A stretch of DNA of 64,000 nucleotides from Hormiphora californensis (GCA_020137815.1 CM035350.1:7006001-7070000); one strand, 5' to 3'; positions 12,993 to 24,536 are shown, counted from the stretch's first letter. Made by a program: numbers and translations. Notes: generated by a model from the letters alone, not told the origin.

Positions 12993-15273
12993 ATGAAGTT
13001 TCTCATTTGTGTCGCACTTGTGGCACTAGCCAGCGCTACTCCTGACCATGCCACCAATATCAACTCTGCCTTCGAATCCGCGTTAAAGAAGTACCGCCCT
13101 GCGGACCATGACCGGCTCTTGAAGAGGGGTGAGGATAATGCGGAGATGCAGGATCGACTCCAAAACTTCCGAGAATCTACCCAGACTGTTGAGGATTGTA
13201 ACGATGACCACACCACTCAGTAAGTTAAATTAAACCAATTTGGAGTCACCAAAATCACAAAACGTAGTAATCACCGCCCAACCAGCACCTTCCTTTCTAT
13301 CACCACCCAACTAGCACCTTCCTTTCTATCACCACCCAACCAGCACCTTCCTTTCTATCACCACCCAACAGCACCTTCCTTTCTATCACCACCCAACCAG
13401 CACCTTCCTTTCTATCACCATCCAGCCAGCACCTTCCTTTCTATCACCACCCAACCAGCACCTTCCTTTCTATCACCACCCAACCAGCACCTTCCTTTCT
13501 ATCACCGCAGTTTTAGTTGTTCGTTGTATTGTATGTTGATTCCGTCAACCCCCCCCCCCTTCAACCCACCCATTCATCACAGCACAATGATCTTCTCTAA
13601 CATTCTAACCATACCGCTAACACTCCCCTCCCTTCTCCAGGTTTTCTTGTCACACCAACCACATCTCTGTTATGACCCATGCTGAGAAGGAGGCTCTGAA
13701 GGACCTGGATGCCAACATCACTGAAGCCGTTGTTGCCGCCAAGCGATCCAACTACCGAACCAAGAGAGACCACGAGGAGGTCCCTGACAGCTGGGATTGG
13801 TTGGCCAAAGGTGCCCAGGGTGCCGTGAAAAATCAGGGAAGCTGCGGATCTTGCTGGGCGTTTGCCGGTGTCAGCAGTCTCGAGGGTGAGTACTTCATCC
13901 AGACTGGGGAGCTGATTACCTTCTCCGAGCAGGAGTATGTCGATTGTACCATGGAGCACTACTACAACAAGTGGGGATCCAGTTGGGCTAAAGATCACAG
14001 TGGATGTTCCGGTGCCTGGATGAACTGGGCTTGGGACTACAGCATCTCTGCTGGAAGGATGGCCTCTCAAGCTAATTTTGCGTACGTTGGCGAGGACAGG
14101 ACATGTAATATGGATGGAGTTGATGATTCCATGACCAAGATGGCTGTTACTGAGAGTGTAATGGTTGGCAAAGATGCCGCGGATCTTCAGAAGGCTGCCT
14201 ATCACCACATCGTTTCGGTGGCCATCAAGGTCGTCAACAACTTCTTCTCCTACAGAGAAGGAATCTACTCTTGCAGTGGAAGCTGTGACTGCAGTGAAAG
14301 TCTGAACCACGCTGTCACCATTGTCGGCTACGAGAGCACCTACTGGAACGTGAGGAACAGCTGGGGAGCCAACTGGGGTGATGGTGGTTACATCAAGATG
14401 ACCAGGACCCAGGACAACATCTGTAACATCCAGAACTGGGCCATGTACCCTGAGATGGCGTGCAAGGAAGGACAGACCTGTGAGGGCTACAGTGATGATG
14501 ATGATGGTGATGATGGTCACGATGATGAGCACTCCGAGTGGGAGGGTGGTGAGGATGTCAAGTGTGGTGATCTCGAGCACTTTGGAGGTCTGTGCGTGGA
14601 TCTTGGTGATGGTGCCGATAAGCCCGCTGTCCTTTCAAACACCTGTGACAGGAAGGTGTGTCTCACCTCCAATGGATACCTTGTGGACGATGCCAGCAAG
14701 CTGTGTATCTCCAAGTCTGAGGAGAGCGATGATGTCCAGTTCGCCACCTGCTGTGCTGACAAGAGCACCAAATGGAACATGAGTGAGGGCATGCTAACTG
14801 TTGGAAGCCAGTGCCTCAACACCGCTAACAACGATGTTAACCCTGCTGACGATTCCGCCCTGGTTGTTGGATCCTGTAAGGGTAACGGTGCTCAGTTCTC
14901 TTTCGCTTCTCTGACCTGCTGGGAGGAGCTCAGCGCCAAGAAGATGGGCAAGAAACTCAAGTTAGACGGCAGGACCATCAAGACCAAGAATCTGGACAAG
15001 GCCAAGGACTGGTGTCTGGATAACGAGAAATGTACAGGAATCTACTCCAAGAACGGCAAGTTGTTCCTCTCCTCTGCGAAAAAGGTGAAGGACAGCAAGA
15101 AGAGCACGGATAAGGTGTTCCAGATTGTCGACTGTGAGGAGAGCTGTGACAGTGGAACTATGCGATGCGAGGATGGAGAGTGCAGATCTCAGTGCGAGGA
15201 TGATGATGATACCTGCCCCGATGGTACTACTCTGTGTGACGATGGTGTCTGCAAACACGAGCACATGTGTTAG
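12993..15273 (+). CDS. Secreted papain-family (C1A, cathepsin L-like) cysteine protease with C-terminal extension, 619 aa, 2 exons
   Basis: Exons 12993-13219 and 13641-15273 (phase 2). Signal peptide MKFLICVALVALASA; ERFNIN-like EMQDRLQNFRESTQTVEDCN; catalytic QGSCGSCWAF, LNHAV, VRNSWG. An acidic linker and Cys-rich modules follow. Confidence 0.93.
13270..13508. repeat. ~27-bp intronic minisatellite (ATCACCACCCAACCAGCACCTTCCTTTCT-like)
   Basis: About 8 units seen directly. Only 1-2 units in the upstream duplicate. Confidence 0.9.
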
Positions 15274-15521
15274 AGAGACACTGTATAATGCACCTGTGTA
15301 CTAAATTATACATGTAACTGTGTAATATTGGATGTTATATTGATGTTGTGTTACCAGTTAGAGAGATATAAATCTGCACAGCTAAACGTGTGTGTTTGGC
15401 GTTTTACAAAATAAACTAGATTAGGATATCAAAACAAGGGGCTTGAAACAAAACATGGTTTCTTAAAAAGTAAAAACTTCCAAAGCAATACAATTAACAA
15501 ATAATGAACCCACTCCACCGA

Positions 15522-16656
15522 CTATCTTAATTTCTGTAAAGGTTCTTTAGTATAGTCGCTAAACAGCCCTAACCTCTCCTGCATTTCCTTCCTTCCTTTC
15601 AGGATGGCGGTATCTGATTCCATCATAAACTTCACGTCCCTATCCCAATCAAGATATGACGATAGCGACAATACCGCTAGATCTGCACTTCCCTGCCAAA
15701 ACACATCCCGATACGCTTCATCTGAATCGAAATCAAAGTTGACATTGGTATCAATGATATCATTATCCACTTCAATGTCCTCATGTTCACTGATCACCAG
15801 TCTGGGCACGTCCCAGGGTACCATGGCGGGTATGGTACAATAGGGCGCCTCCATTAGCTCCGACCCAATGACAATCAGAAGATCACAGTTAGCGGCATCA
15901 ACTGAAGCTTGGTAGTGGAGCTGCGTACTTTCATCTTGTATAAATGGGATGTCAGGGGTACATTTAGCTTGGCATTTCGAACAGTTTGGAAACTGGTGTC
16001 TCTCCATTTTGTCTTTCAACCACAAGCAGATCATACACTGACCCACACTTTTCATTATTACATTTCCATCTCAGTAAGCTGCCACTGTGCTCCACCAGCT
16101 TGTCGTCCCGGATGCCCGCTAGCTTCTCCAGATTGTCCAGGTTTTCCGTCCAGTTCCTCAGCTAACAATCCCTTCTCCTGGAGAGGTCTTGATGAAGTAG
16201 TGGGCCAGGGTGGGACGGTGATTACCCGGCCAGAGGGCCTGGCACAACCTCATCATACCATAGGGATGCATGTGGAACTCATCCCTCTCTAGAAGAACTT
16301 TAGCATCGTGCTTCTCCATGTATCCCTCCTCCCCCATAAGCTTTCCTAGCCTCTATCCCACCGTACTGTCGATAATCAGGTATCCCCGCGGCTGAGGATA
16401 TCAGAGGTCCAGAGAGAACGAGGATGTTCTGACACTGAGCAGGTCATCATGTACCTAGGCTATCCCTTTTAAAGAGAGTTCAGTTAGCCGGGGTCTACCC
16501 ATCAGAGCGGGGGTCAAGCTCCTCATACACCATAACCTCGGCCTCATGTCGCTTCACATCGAGCACTCGTTTGTGGCCGAACATCTTCCAAATGTTCCGG
16601 GAGGAGGACGGGGTGGAGGTGGTGGGAACTGATACTATTCTTCGACATACGTGCAT
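15522..16656 (-). CDS. Class I sirtuin-like (SIRT2/SIRT3-related) protein, intronless, divergent active site; six apparent +1 frameshifts
   Basis: Manual translation across frameshifts: MHVCRRIVSV...RLTELSLKGIA/YMM/QCQNILVLSGPLISSAAGIPDYR...LWPGNHRPTLAHYFIK/LQEKGLL/LRNWTENLDNLEKLAGIRDDKLVEHSGSLLRWKCNNEKC...CSKC..PDIPF...CDLLIVIGSELMEAPY...VPRLVI...RDVFWQG. Colinear with the SIRT2 core. Confidence 0.85.
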
Positions 16657-16764
16657 AACTGGAGAGAGGGAGAGAAAGAGGTAGAGTTGTATGATTAAAT
16701 AAAGTTCACGGATACTGAATCAGAATAAATATAATAACTGTTACAATGCATGTATGTCGGTTAA

Positions 16765-18650
16765 TCATAGCGCTGGCAAGCGCCCGGGGCCCAATCCTCC
16801 CTTCCCCCAACCATCATTTCCCCCAAAATGTCCCTCTAACAAGCATCTTTCCTCCCAGTAAAAGGAAAATCGAAATTGCGAAAAAAAAATTTTTGAAAAT
16901 TTGAAATTTTTTGAAAATTCTGACAGCGCTACTATATACTTATTGTCTGAAATCGGCAATTTCAACTTTGTTTTAGACAACCTTCCCGTTGTACTACGAA
17001 CATGCCGCTTGGTAGTTCGTGTTGCCTTGACACCTAGAGCACACGTTTAAAATTTCATGCAAATCGGAGTTACGGTTTTTGCGCTACAGATGGTCGTATT
17101 TTAGACAAAATGTCCGTTTTTAGCATGACGAACGACCGTAAAGTAACGACTTTTTTGCGTACACGATGGAGGCCACAGTTTTAAAGATATCACCATGAAA
17201 CTTTGGGAGTCGGTAGGTCTAGTGGAGTACCTTGTATTAAAGCTTGGTCAGAGAGAACGGACAGTCATAACAAAAGTTATGACTGTCTTAAGTTTTCTTT
17301 AGGGCTTAAGACAACCTTCCCGTCGTTCTACGAACACGCCGCTTGGTACGTCGTGTTGCCTTGACGTCTTGAACACACGTTTAAAATTTCAAGCAAATCC
17401 GAGTTACGGTTCTTCAGTTATGGGCATCTGATTGTATTAAGATTTAAGACGATTTTCAAAAAAACTTAGAAAAGAGCAAAATAAACTATAAATCATGATT
17501 TTATCATACATGTTTTTCCAACGTGGGTTAACTGCTGTATTTTCAGATATAATTGGTAGTCATATCTATATTTATGACTGTCTTAAATTTAAGACGATTT
17601 TAAAAACACCTACAAAGAAGCAATTCAGAGTATAAATTAACATTGAATCATATTTGTTTTATAAAATCAGGCTTACTGCCGCATTTTCAGCTATAATTGG
17701 TAGTCATATCTAGAGTTATGACTGTCTTAAATATAAGACGATTTTAAAAACATCCAAGAGAAGAGCGAATTAGCATCTAGAACCTGATTGTATCAGATAT
17801 ATCTAATTATTAATGCTTATCCGTGATAATTTTCCATGACTAACAATTAAAATCATAAAATAATCGCTGGGAACCAATCGCGGATAACTATAACTACGAT
17901 AACTTATCGCGAATAAGTAATATAATAGTAGTATGTAGTATTGTAGTATTGTAGTAGTAACCAATCGTGGATAGCTAATCGCAGATAGTTTATAATCGCA
18001 ATAGCTTGTCGCGATAACTAATCGCGGATACGTGATCAGTTATCTGCGATTAGTTGTCTGCGATTACTATCATATTAGTCATTCGCAATTGATATCCGAG
18101 ATTGGATATCTGCGATTATAATGCGGCTGCCTACGATTGAAAAAGTTCGTGAATCTCCAGTCCGCGTTTATTAAATTCAGCTAGTATTACAAAATGCATA
18201 GTATAACAAAATGCCTGATACTAGATCCAAAAACCAAACACGTTTGGTGGATAGCCGGGGCCGCAGAAATTAAAAAACGTGCGAAAGTTTTGATACATGA
18301 ACTTTCGGGGCCTGGGGTGCTGTTAAATTCGCGTTTCCATGATAGTCAGCCGTTCTTTCAAAACACACTATTATTCTGTAAAATGCACACTCTGAAACGA
18401 CCCGCATTATATATAATGTGACACATGTGTGGATTTGTACGTATGATAATGTGAAATAAAAATAATGATAACTATGATCATTGCGATAGTTTTCCTGACG
18501 TATAATTTGAAAATGTTGCTGGTTATAATCATGGAAACGCGAATTTAACAGCACCCCAGGCCCCGAAAGTTCATGTATCAAAACTTTCGCACGTTTTTTA
18601 ATTTCTGCGGCCCCGGCTATCCACCAAACGTGTTTGGTTTTTGGATCTAG
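16765..18650 (+). mobile_element. Non-autonomous Helitron, 1886 bp, copy 1
   Basis: Termini A|TCATAGCG...GGATCTAG|T, no TSD. Subterminal hairpin CCAAAC-GT-GTTTGG near the terminal CTAG. Internal direct repeats of ~105 and ~140 bp. Full-length inverted copy at 57761-59640. Confidence 0.85.
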
Positions 18651-18766
18651 TATGTACAATAATATATTAAAAAGTAAGTAAAACTCTGAATCCTATAAAA
18701 TACTATATCTTGTCAGCTTCACAACGGCGTGCTATCTACACCCCAGTTTACCCCATGCAGTTTACC

Positions 18767-19947
18767 CTATCTAAAGAACAAGTCCTGTAAAATTGCATCG
18801 TCTTCCATCTCCCCTTCTTCCTCTACAGATTTCTCCATTTCACTTATCAGAGAAAACAAACTCTCATTGTACCCACTCTTCTCTAATCTAGACGGAGTTC
18901 TACTACCAGAGAATGGGGTAGCAGAACGAGTTATCCCATGGACATCAGAGGGAGTTCTCCCAGGGGTTGTGGGGGCAGGTTGTTTATCTAATGCTGACAA
19001 TTTATCACACAACACATCGAGTTTATCTAAAAACACTGACATTGAGTCTTGAGTGGGGAGTGTAGGGGATGATACAGGTATAACTGGAGTGGTAGTTGGC
19101 TCTGCATGTGCTGGAGGAGGAGTGGTAGTTGGCTCGGGTGTGGGAGATGTTGGAGAGAGGAAGGATGTTTGGGTCATGGCTGCTGAACCAGATTCCATTT
19201 CCAAGGTTTGAACCTGCGATAAAATATTGTTCTGTTACACACGGAGAATTTACACGCAACTAATTTATATCCGGAGTCCGGACCCTAATTTACAAACCCG
19301 GACCATGTTCTACAAATTGCTCACCAACCAAACTTACTGAAATATTTTGTTTTTTGGCGTGTAACCGTTTCTGTAGTTTCTTGTTCGTTGCAGAAGACTG
19401 TTTCAGAAGTGAATTACTCTCTTCCAGTTTCTGGGAGTATTGTCGAAGCAGCTCATCCTTCTCACTTCGCTCAGATTTCAATTTATCATTTTCTCCCGAA
19501 ACCCGCTCAACACACTGCTCCAATTCTGCAACCAGCTCGGATTTGCTGAAGGAATTATGTACTATAATGCAATGTAATCTATACAAACATGTGTTGTGGT
19601 GTGTGAACTGGGAAGACTGCGAAACTTGTGATATGGTCATCCGTTTTTGAGAGTGTGACTTACTTTTTGAGTTTGCTATTGGTTGATTCAAGTTGGCAGG
19701 AGAGTTCAGAACAGCGCTGTTCTAATTTTACAATATTCTGAATCATCAGTGCTATTTTACTTTTATCAGTGGGGTTTAGATCTTTAATGAACAACAGATC
19801 TCCCTTCGATAACGACGGGGGAGGCTGGGAGATGGTCGAAAGGCGAGACGATGATCTTGGGCGCTGGAAATCCTGGATTGTACTGTTCGGAGAGGGACAC
19901 GCTCGGGGCGTTGGGATGACTTCCCAGCATATCTGATCTGTGTTCAT
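18767..19947 (-). CDS. Hinderin/KIAA1328-like coiled-coil protein, ~312 aa, 3 exons
   Basis: Exons 19947-19664, 19545-19338 and 19213-18767 are in frame. IKDLNPTDKSKIALMIQNIVKL...LLRQYSQKL resembles the KIAA1328 motif as I recall it ([20 protein letters not shown]...LLSLYQKYL). Confidence 0.7.
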
Positions 19948-20175
19948 CTTGCCCTTCTGATAAAAAAGAAATGAATGTTACTGTAGCTGTGAGTTAGGGG
20001 GGGGGGGTTGCTAGAACTAATAAAAAGCAGACAAATTAAAAGTTGAAATTATAAGATCCTCTTGAAAGAAATCAGAAAACAATACACAGACATACACACT
20101 CTAGAGTCCAGCTCGGTCAGTCACTCTTAAATTCACACACTATTAGAAACATTTTTGAACGCGTAAGAGACACGC

Positions 20176-20795
20176 TTAGAACATAATTGACGTGGTTTCT
20201 GGCTCAAGAGCAAGATATCGATCGTTAACAACTTTCTGCCAGTAAGAGATAACACCAATAACTGCATACATCCCACCAGAAATGTAGCAACTGATAGCAA
20301 CGTTCTGCCACGCTGTCGGTTCGTAACTGAAACATTATGAAAGTTAGGACTACTCCTCACTCCATGGCATTCGTTTGAATCATCATCAAGCGGCAAGATA
20401 TTGCTATTTGGACAGTCTCCCTTGCACCTCCGCTAGACCACCCGCGGACATCTCTAGAGAGATTCCCCAGACGGTCCAGATGGGGAATTATGATAGCTAC
20501 GCCGCTCGAGATCTAATCTACGGCCAGAAAAAGTGACTTTGGCACACTTTTTAGCGGTCCATGACATCCTGGGCGGTGCATCTAAAAGGGATCTAAAATC
20601 ATACCCATTCCCCCCTGGGGGATGATCCCAGTAGATCTCCTGGAGGTGGAGGGGAGTGTGTTTAACTTACTCGACGTCTTTGAAGAGGATGACAGACTGT
20701 GTTTGAAAGCATACCCCGAGAATTAACAACATAATAGTGCCCCAGACCGAGAGGAGGAACATACAGGTGCTCGATTTGGGCCCACAAAACCTCAT
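20176..20795 (-). CDS. RNASEK: Ribonuclease kappa / V-ATPase subunit f, 91 aa, 2 exons (absent from the ORF track)
   Basis: Exons 20795-20671 and 20326-20176: MRFCGPKSSTCMFLLSVWGTIMLLILGVCFQTQSVILFKDVDYEPTAWQNVAISCYISGGMYAVIGVISYWQKVVNDRYLALEPETTSIMF. Has the CGPK..C...LSxWG.IML..LG signature and two TM helices. Confidence 0.9.
20417..20657. mobile_element. Degenerate MITE in the RNASEK intron, same family as 6325-6582
   Basis: Ends CTCCCTTGCACCTCC and GGAGGTGGAGGGGAG. Shared internal ACACTTTTT.GCGGT.CAT.AC..C..GGGCGGTG.ATCTA. Confidence 0.7.
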
Positions 20796-20799
20796 TTTG

Positions 20800-21690
20800 C
20801 TAACGTTTCGCTGATCGAACGAGAGAATGATTAAGTATCAAGTATAAATTGATTTAAAATTTCTACATTAGGGTCATATTCATTTTAAACGTTTAATACT
20901 AGAGATTTGGGGTGCGAATTTTCCGTTTTTACTTTTTTTGGTGAAAAAAACAGGGAAAACGTTAAAATCTGGGTGCCTTTCATTGCTAACAATTCGTAGT
21001 TTTGGCGCGCGCGACGGGTTAGGGCTATCCGTTAGGGTCTGGTTAGGGTTTGGTTTGGGGTTATCGGTTAGGGCTATCGATTCTCTAACTGTTACCGTTT
21101 AGTTTACTCAAATCGGCCATGTGGTTCCATGGCTATAGCCGTTTGAAAAAAGTCGGTCTAAGTATACTCTTTTGGTAGCGCGCACCTGTAAACAGGCTGC
21201 AAGATTATAAAGTCGGATTTTTTGAAACTGTCACCCCCCTTTTCGTGCGCGGAATGTTTTTGCGCGTCACATCACATGTTAACGTGTGGTGTGCGCGTCA
21301 AAATTGATAAATTTCACATGCGCGGTCGTTTTGGGGTGACAGTTTCAAAAAATCCGACTTTAATCGCGCCCAAAAAACAGAAGCGTGACGACGCGATTTT
21401 CAAAGTAAGCGCGGCTGGGCGCGGCAATAAACGCATCGCTTTATGGGCCAAAATTAAGCGCGTTACGTTTATTTATGAGAAAGGCGTCGCGAAGCCAGGC
21501 GTCGCGTCGCGGTCGCTTACAAAAATTAAAAAACCTTTTCCACTTCGCTTTTTCTTTCTGCAAACAGTGGAAAACTTTCTTTCTGCTGCCCGTTTACCCA
21601 ACAGTGCCTAAGCTTAACCATGCAAATCAATCAAGATCGTTTTCGTCAGTTTTTGTGATTATCTTACAGTTTTCCTTGCTTTAGAGCCCA
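20800..21690. promoter_or_regulatory. Bidirectional promoter region between RNASEK (-) and the RIM-BP-like gene (+)
   Basis: Head-to-head ATGs ~900 bp apart. CGCG-rich, with a GGTTAGGG motif cluster at 21017-21075. Confidence 0.7.
21208..21362. mobile_element. 155-bp MITE-like inverted repeat inside the promoter
   Basis: TAAAGTCGGATTTTTTGAAACTGTCACCCC pairs with GGGGTGACAGTTTCAAAAAATCCGACTTTA. Confidence 0.75.
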
Positions 21691-21697
21691 TGGAACT

Positions 21698-24536
21698 ATG
21701 CCATCAGACCGAGATCGGTCAGTTCTAGAGGAGCTAAGAATTAAAAATTGCGATATACGCGAGCAACTTGATCAAGAGAAGGCTCGTAACAAACAGGTAT
21801 GTTTCATTAGTCACCGTGCTGAACAACACTGGCTACAGTGGGCTACTAAAGCAGCTATAACTGTCAGTAGCAGCTGGAAGTTGGTGCCGTGTCGACACGA
21901 AGATATATTCATAATGTACTGTGTTCTCAGATACTTCATGATAAAGTTGGGGAAATAAAGCATGTTCGGGAACAGGAGCAAGCTCGTTGGGAGAAGGAAA
22001 AGATATCACTGAAGAAAAAGTACCTTAGAGAGAAGAATGAAGCGGTAAGTTTTGTTTTCCCCTTTTGTAGTAATTTAGGATTGGTTTAGTTATGTTTAAT
22101 ATCCTCAGGTCAATAAGATCTTGGATAACCTCAAAAAGAAAGACCGAGGCATAGGAGATCTTCTCAATCAAAAGGTTGGTACATTTCCTGCTGATGTCGA
22201 TTTTGACCAATCTCCATAATCCACATTGCCACTACCTTTCCAGCAACCATCCTCTCTCTCTCTCACACACAACAAATCATATTGCCTATAATTTCAGGAT
22301 GAAGAGATCCGGTTGTTACATATTGAGTTACAGAAGTCCGATTCCTCCGTTTCGCATTCGTCAAAAAGCCGAGAGTCGCAGCAGGAATCAGCGGCAATTG
22401 TCGGTAAGGCTTCCTTCCGCCTTTTCTTCCTCTCACTATCTCTCTCACTCCGTCTCACTCTCTCTTTCTCTCTCTCTCTCTCTCACTTTTATAACATCCG
22501 GGGGAATACACCGTGGGAAATTGGCCAGGTGTGTTTGGACTGGGGGCGGGTTATTGAACGTTGGTGGAAATATCACATAAACAATGCATAATATGACTAT
22601 GTTTTTATTCATCGCTCAATCCCTGGCCGTGTGTCGGTAGCAGCTCAGAGAGTTACGTGTATCGTTACACTAGGATGTAAAAAGACACTTCTCACATATC
22701 GTTGTCCTTTTCGTTCTCTCTCTCAATCTTTAGCTGGAGCTATCTTTTACCGTTGAGCTATGTGTTAACGTGTGATCATTTGTTTCAAACGGTGTGTGAG
22801 TCTGCACACCGTTTCTCTCTGAGTGTGTACAAAATGAATATCTCTAGAACGAGACAGGGTTACTAACTGGCCAATAGGCGGATGGAGGTCATTAATATTA
22901 GTGCATGTACCAGTGTGTATATATGCACATGTTCTGATATTCATTGGCTGCAGCAGTTTCTCTTTTACTCCTCCATGTGGTACCGTGTTTTTCTTAGAAG
23001 TAACATTGTGCCTTGAGATTACTTGTAACAACGCTCAATTCATGGGATTTGTTAAATTCTTACAATCGCTCCCTCTCTCTATGCCTCTCTCTCTCCTTCA
23101 CTGCAAAATATAATAACCTCTCCTTGGAGGTAGAGATAGGAGCATGTTGGTTTCCTGGATGGATCCCAGAGAGATTATTGCACTGCATGCTCCCTCTTGT
23201 ACATATGATCCATGTCTCTCTAGCTAGATCTCTCTCCTGTTGCAGTAGTACCGGATCTCTCTTTGCCCTTCTTTGTTTCGTGGGAGTATACTGAGTATAC
23301 ACAACACAGACAACACAGACACTGTGCCGACTGCCGCTGCAGTACCATCACCTCTGAAATAGAAGATAGAGAGGGATGGAGAGAGGGATGGAGAGAGGGA
23401 TGGAGAGAGGGGAGGGAGGTTGAGGCAAACAGAGATATTACTTGACTGAGATGTAGCCTAGAAGTCATTCAAAGTTGATACGTCACTGGGCTGAAAAGTG
23501 AGAGAATACTCAATACATAAGTTAGTACCTATATTATAACAGATCACGACTATCATTCTATCTACTATACACCAGAATTGTTGTTGCCTCTGTTGTTGTG
23601 TGCCACCACCGCGGCGGTTGTATCTGGCAACAAGACTACACAAACAATGACCTTTTCACAGCTTGGGGCATCTTTTACCTGTCATTGTTTGCCATCTTAC
23701 CATCTTGAATTGGTTACACAATGTCTTCCTCCCGGATGTGTGCTCCTTTATAAAACTAATTGTACCCCTTTATAAATTAATCTCTTGGAAGTCTTGCTAC
23801 ACTATATCTTATTATGATCGAGTAACAATTCTCTCTCCCATCTCCCTATTTTATTTACCCCTCTCCCTCTCGTTCCGTCCCTCTCTTTACCTCTCTACCA
23901 CATACACTGAACCCGCACAGAGAACCCCATGCTCCGTGTATCATGAGTTCGTTAGTATAACAATTCCATGCGAGAATGACCAGAGAGAGGGTTAGAGAGA
24001 GAGAGACAGATAGAGGGTGAGAGAGAAATAGAGAGAGAGGACACAGGTGTATTGATAGGGATTGTATGCGGACAGACAAACACACCGGTTCACGTGTCTC
24101 ATGACTGTATACGGTGTCCACACTACAATTATTCATTGCCAGCTGCATCTTTCTAGATCTCTATTCTAGATTGCTGCTGGCTCCCTAAAACTCACAATAA
24201 TCGCATAATTGCCATAAGAATATATCTAACATCTTTCATTAAATGGGATATTTTCTTACGCAACCCACACACACATGAAGAGGCTTTGTCCACCCACACA
24301 CACATTGCCGCTATTTACGTTGCTTTGCGTGTGGAGTAGTAGTCCCCTGTGTCATGTGTGTGTGTCTAAAGTACGTATTTTTATCACAAATATGTGTCTG
24401 AAAATATACCACTCACGAGACACACGGCTGGGGTCGAATATTTTGCGGCTCCACCACGAAACTCATCTGACCACTGCCTCAACCATATATCACTCTCTTT
24501 CGTTCCTGAATGACTTTCTTTAGTTTCTCTTTAATC

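Noticed and set aside
13597-14580. 327-aa antisense ORF
   Set aside because: Shadow of the codon-biased cathepsin exon.
16030-16505. Programmed frameshifting or RNA editing in the sirtuin gene
   Set aside because: All six events are single extra bases. Similar slips occur in RIM-BP exons (~36925, ~45890, ~56625, ~60370), which is typical of low-coverage sequencing error. Raw reads are needed to exclude a pseudogene.
18221-18650. Independent TA-TSD MITE
   Set aside because: It is present at the same position in both Helitron copies, and copy 2 lacks the outer TA, so I treated it as the Helitron 3' end.
20133-20396. 87-aa minus-strand ORF from the track
   Set aside because: Wrong frame. The real exon is RNASEK exon 2 (20326-20176).
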